DNA from: Octopus vulgaris
Lineage: Eukaryota
DNA: 64,000 nt
Assembly (NCBI GenBank): GCA_951406725.2
Contig: OX597820.1
Span: forward strand, 45,074,001-45,138,000
Reading direction: 5' to 3'
Shown here: piece after piece, positions 61,759 to 64,000 of the stretch
Position numbering within the stretch: position 1 is the stretch's first letter
How the letters are laid out: each line of letters begins with the position of its first letter
The notes under the pieces: model-generated
Databases searched by the model: none
What the model saw: only the letters and a program-made list of their open reading frames with translations
What the model was told of the DNA's origin: nothing
Position numbers and translations under genes: made by a program

Positions 61759-62906
61759 TTATGTTAACATTACACAAAAGGTACACACACACACACACAC
61801 ACTACATTTGCTTCAGATCTGAGGCCATAGTAGAAGATATTTCTTTCGTATGCTGTATAGTAAGACTGAACCTAGGACCACATAATTGCAAAGCAGACAC
61901 CTTAACCATTGCAGTCCTGTTTGTGCCTGTACTGAATGTTTCCTTCTGTAATGTTACTCAAGGCCTTATTGTCAAACATGTGCCATTGTGCAATCTCAGA
62001 ATGACACAACCTATTTAGATATGTGCAAGATAATATAAGGAGAACTACCATGATTGCTCTATCTTTTAGAAACAGCAACTAAGTAGTCAGTCAAGTCTCT
62101 TTCAAACCACTCATTTTGAAAAGGGGGAGATGCTAGGTAATACAGTCCTATATATGTAACACCCAAGGAAAAGATAGTCATTACTGGATTGCTATTGATA
62201 ATATATCTACTGATGATATATTGAGTATAAGGCAGTGAACTGGCAAAATAATTAGCATGTTGGACAAATCGCTAAACAGCATTTCTTTTGGCTCATTACA
62301 TTCTGAGTACAAATTCTCCTAAGGTCAACTTTACCTTTCATAAGTAACAGTCAAATACTAGGGGGTCAATGTAATCAGCTTGCTCTCTCCTGTTAAAACT
62401 TCTGGCTTTGTGTCAAAATTAGATTATGTTTGCTTCATCCTTGTTAGTGTAACAACATAAATCTTCAGTTATATACCTCTCTTTTGTTTTATGTTCACTG
62501 GCAAAAGATCTAAACGCCAAAATGTGTTGTTGGAACTCTTGCAATGATCCTAACCATAATCTGTTAATCATTGGTATCATGCTGTCCTACTTGATTAAGA
62601 TTTTAGTCCTAAACATTGTCCTGTCTCACAAATATGTTTCAGCATTGTCATCGTTTTAAACTTTTCCTTGTTTGTATGGGTTGGATGCAGTTTGTTGAGG
62701 CTGATTTTCTATGGCTGGATGCCAGGCTTGTCACCAACCCACATCTCTTTCCAAGTCAGTTCATGTTTTCCCATGGCAAGAAAATGTTTTCTCAGAAGAA
62801 TCATATACAAAGCACACTGCTTGCATGATGGTGACACTTGCTTACAATCATGTGTTACCACGACAAAGAGACAGTAACACACACACACTCTTTCTCTCTC
62901 TCTCTC

Positions 62907-62957
<51 letters not shown>

Positions 62958-63832
62958 GATGGTCTTCTTCCAGTTTTTGTCTACTAATTCCACACACAAA
63001 GCTTTGGTTGGCCTGGGACTGTAGTAGAATACACTTGCTCATGGGGGTTTGAACCCAAAACCATGTGGTAAGAAACACAGCTGTTCCTGCTCATCATCAT
63101 TTAACATCTGTGTTCCATGCTAACATGGGTGGGACCTATGTTTAAATATACTAAATTTGTTCATTTGTTTGTGTGCTTATCTCAGCCAGCTCAAATGAAA
63201 ATAGTTATTGCAGTAAGACTACACAAGTATCCACCTGTAATAACTCTTCTTCCATTATTTCATTTGCAAACTTTTCTAGATTTTCAAAAATAATTCTTGT
63301 TAGCTTAGGAAACAAAATCTAAAATTGTCAAGAAACATACCCCTGCAAAAATTAACCCTATGTTGGTAGAAAAGAAGTCATCTTTGAATCACACATTCAC
63401 ATACATGGGGTGCTGGAAAATCCCTGGCTTTAAGGGTATTTTGAGAGGCCTGATTGGATGTCCAACCTTCTGAGTCCTTTTACAGGGCTTAGAAAAGCTG
63501 AAGAATTGCTGCAATAAGTGTGTGAACCTGAGAGGGGAATATGCTGAATAAAATCATAATTAGCTGATCTTCCTGTATTTTCTTTTTCCCAAAGCCAAGA
63601 ACTTTTCAGCACCCCCTCGTACACATTCAGACATATGTACACAACTCCATGTCAGCTTTAATTAAAAAAAGAAATTTAAGAAATTAAATGTGGCTGTGTG
63701 GTTAAGAATCTGGCTTCCCAACCATATGGTTTTTTAGTTCAATCCCATCACACGGTACCTCTGGCATGGGTCTTCTTCTATTGCCTCAACCTTGTAAATG
63801 AATTTGGTAGACAGAAACTGAAAGAAGCTCGT

Positions 63833-63876
<44 letters not shown>

Positions 63877-64000
63877 AGATTCTTTTGTTGTTAACAACCC
63901 ATGAGGGTTCAGTAAAATAAGTAGTCATCATGCTCTATGGATATGCATGTGTCTCTTGAGGCCTGCTGGTGGCTTGCCTAGCCTTTTGGCTAATGGAACA

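Noticed and set aside
59672-64000. RAD17 terminal exon
   Set aside because: I found no phase-2 acceptor followed by an acidic C-terminal tail; the region is mostly repeats, so the exon is presumed to lie downstream

Overview
AT-rich eukaryotic genomic DNA. The repeat families resemble those I associate with Octopus (coleoid cephalopod) genomes, but the species is an inference. Bases 1-3.7 kb are a stack of three unrelated tandem satellites (~52, ~85 and ~50-60 bp units, plus a 9-bp microrepeat). The stack abuts a 3'-truncated, frameshifted L1/Tx1-type LINE on the minus strand (~3.73-8.3 kb). From ~18.3 to 59.7 kb lies a plus-strand RAD17 checkpoint clamp-loader gene: 16 coding exons reconstructed by hand with GT-AG sites and consistent phases, ~594 codons, last exon apparently outside the window. 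The introns are packed with tRNA-derived SINEs, RTE and CR1 fragments, hAT/mariner/piggyBac/Merlin-type MITEs, non-autonomous Helitrons and microsatellites. The best candidate for something new is a head-to-head inverted dimer of a tRNA-headed short element carrying a degenerate minimal hammerhead-ribozyme motif. It sits 3 nt into a RAD17 intron, and its 12-bp target duplication copies the splice donor. Almost all ORFs in the supplied track are repeat-derived or spurious.
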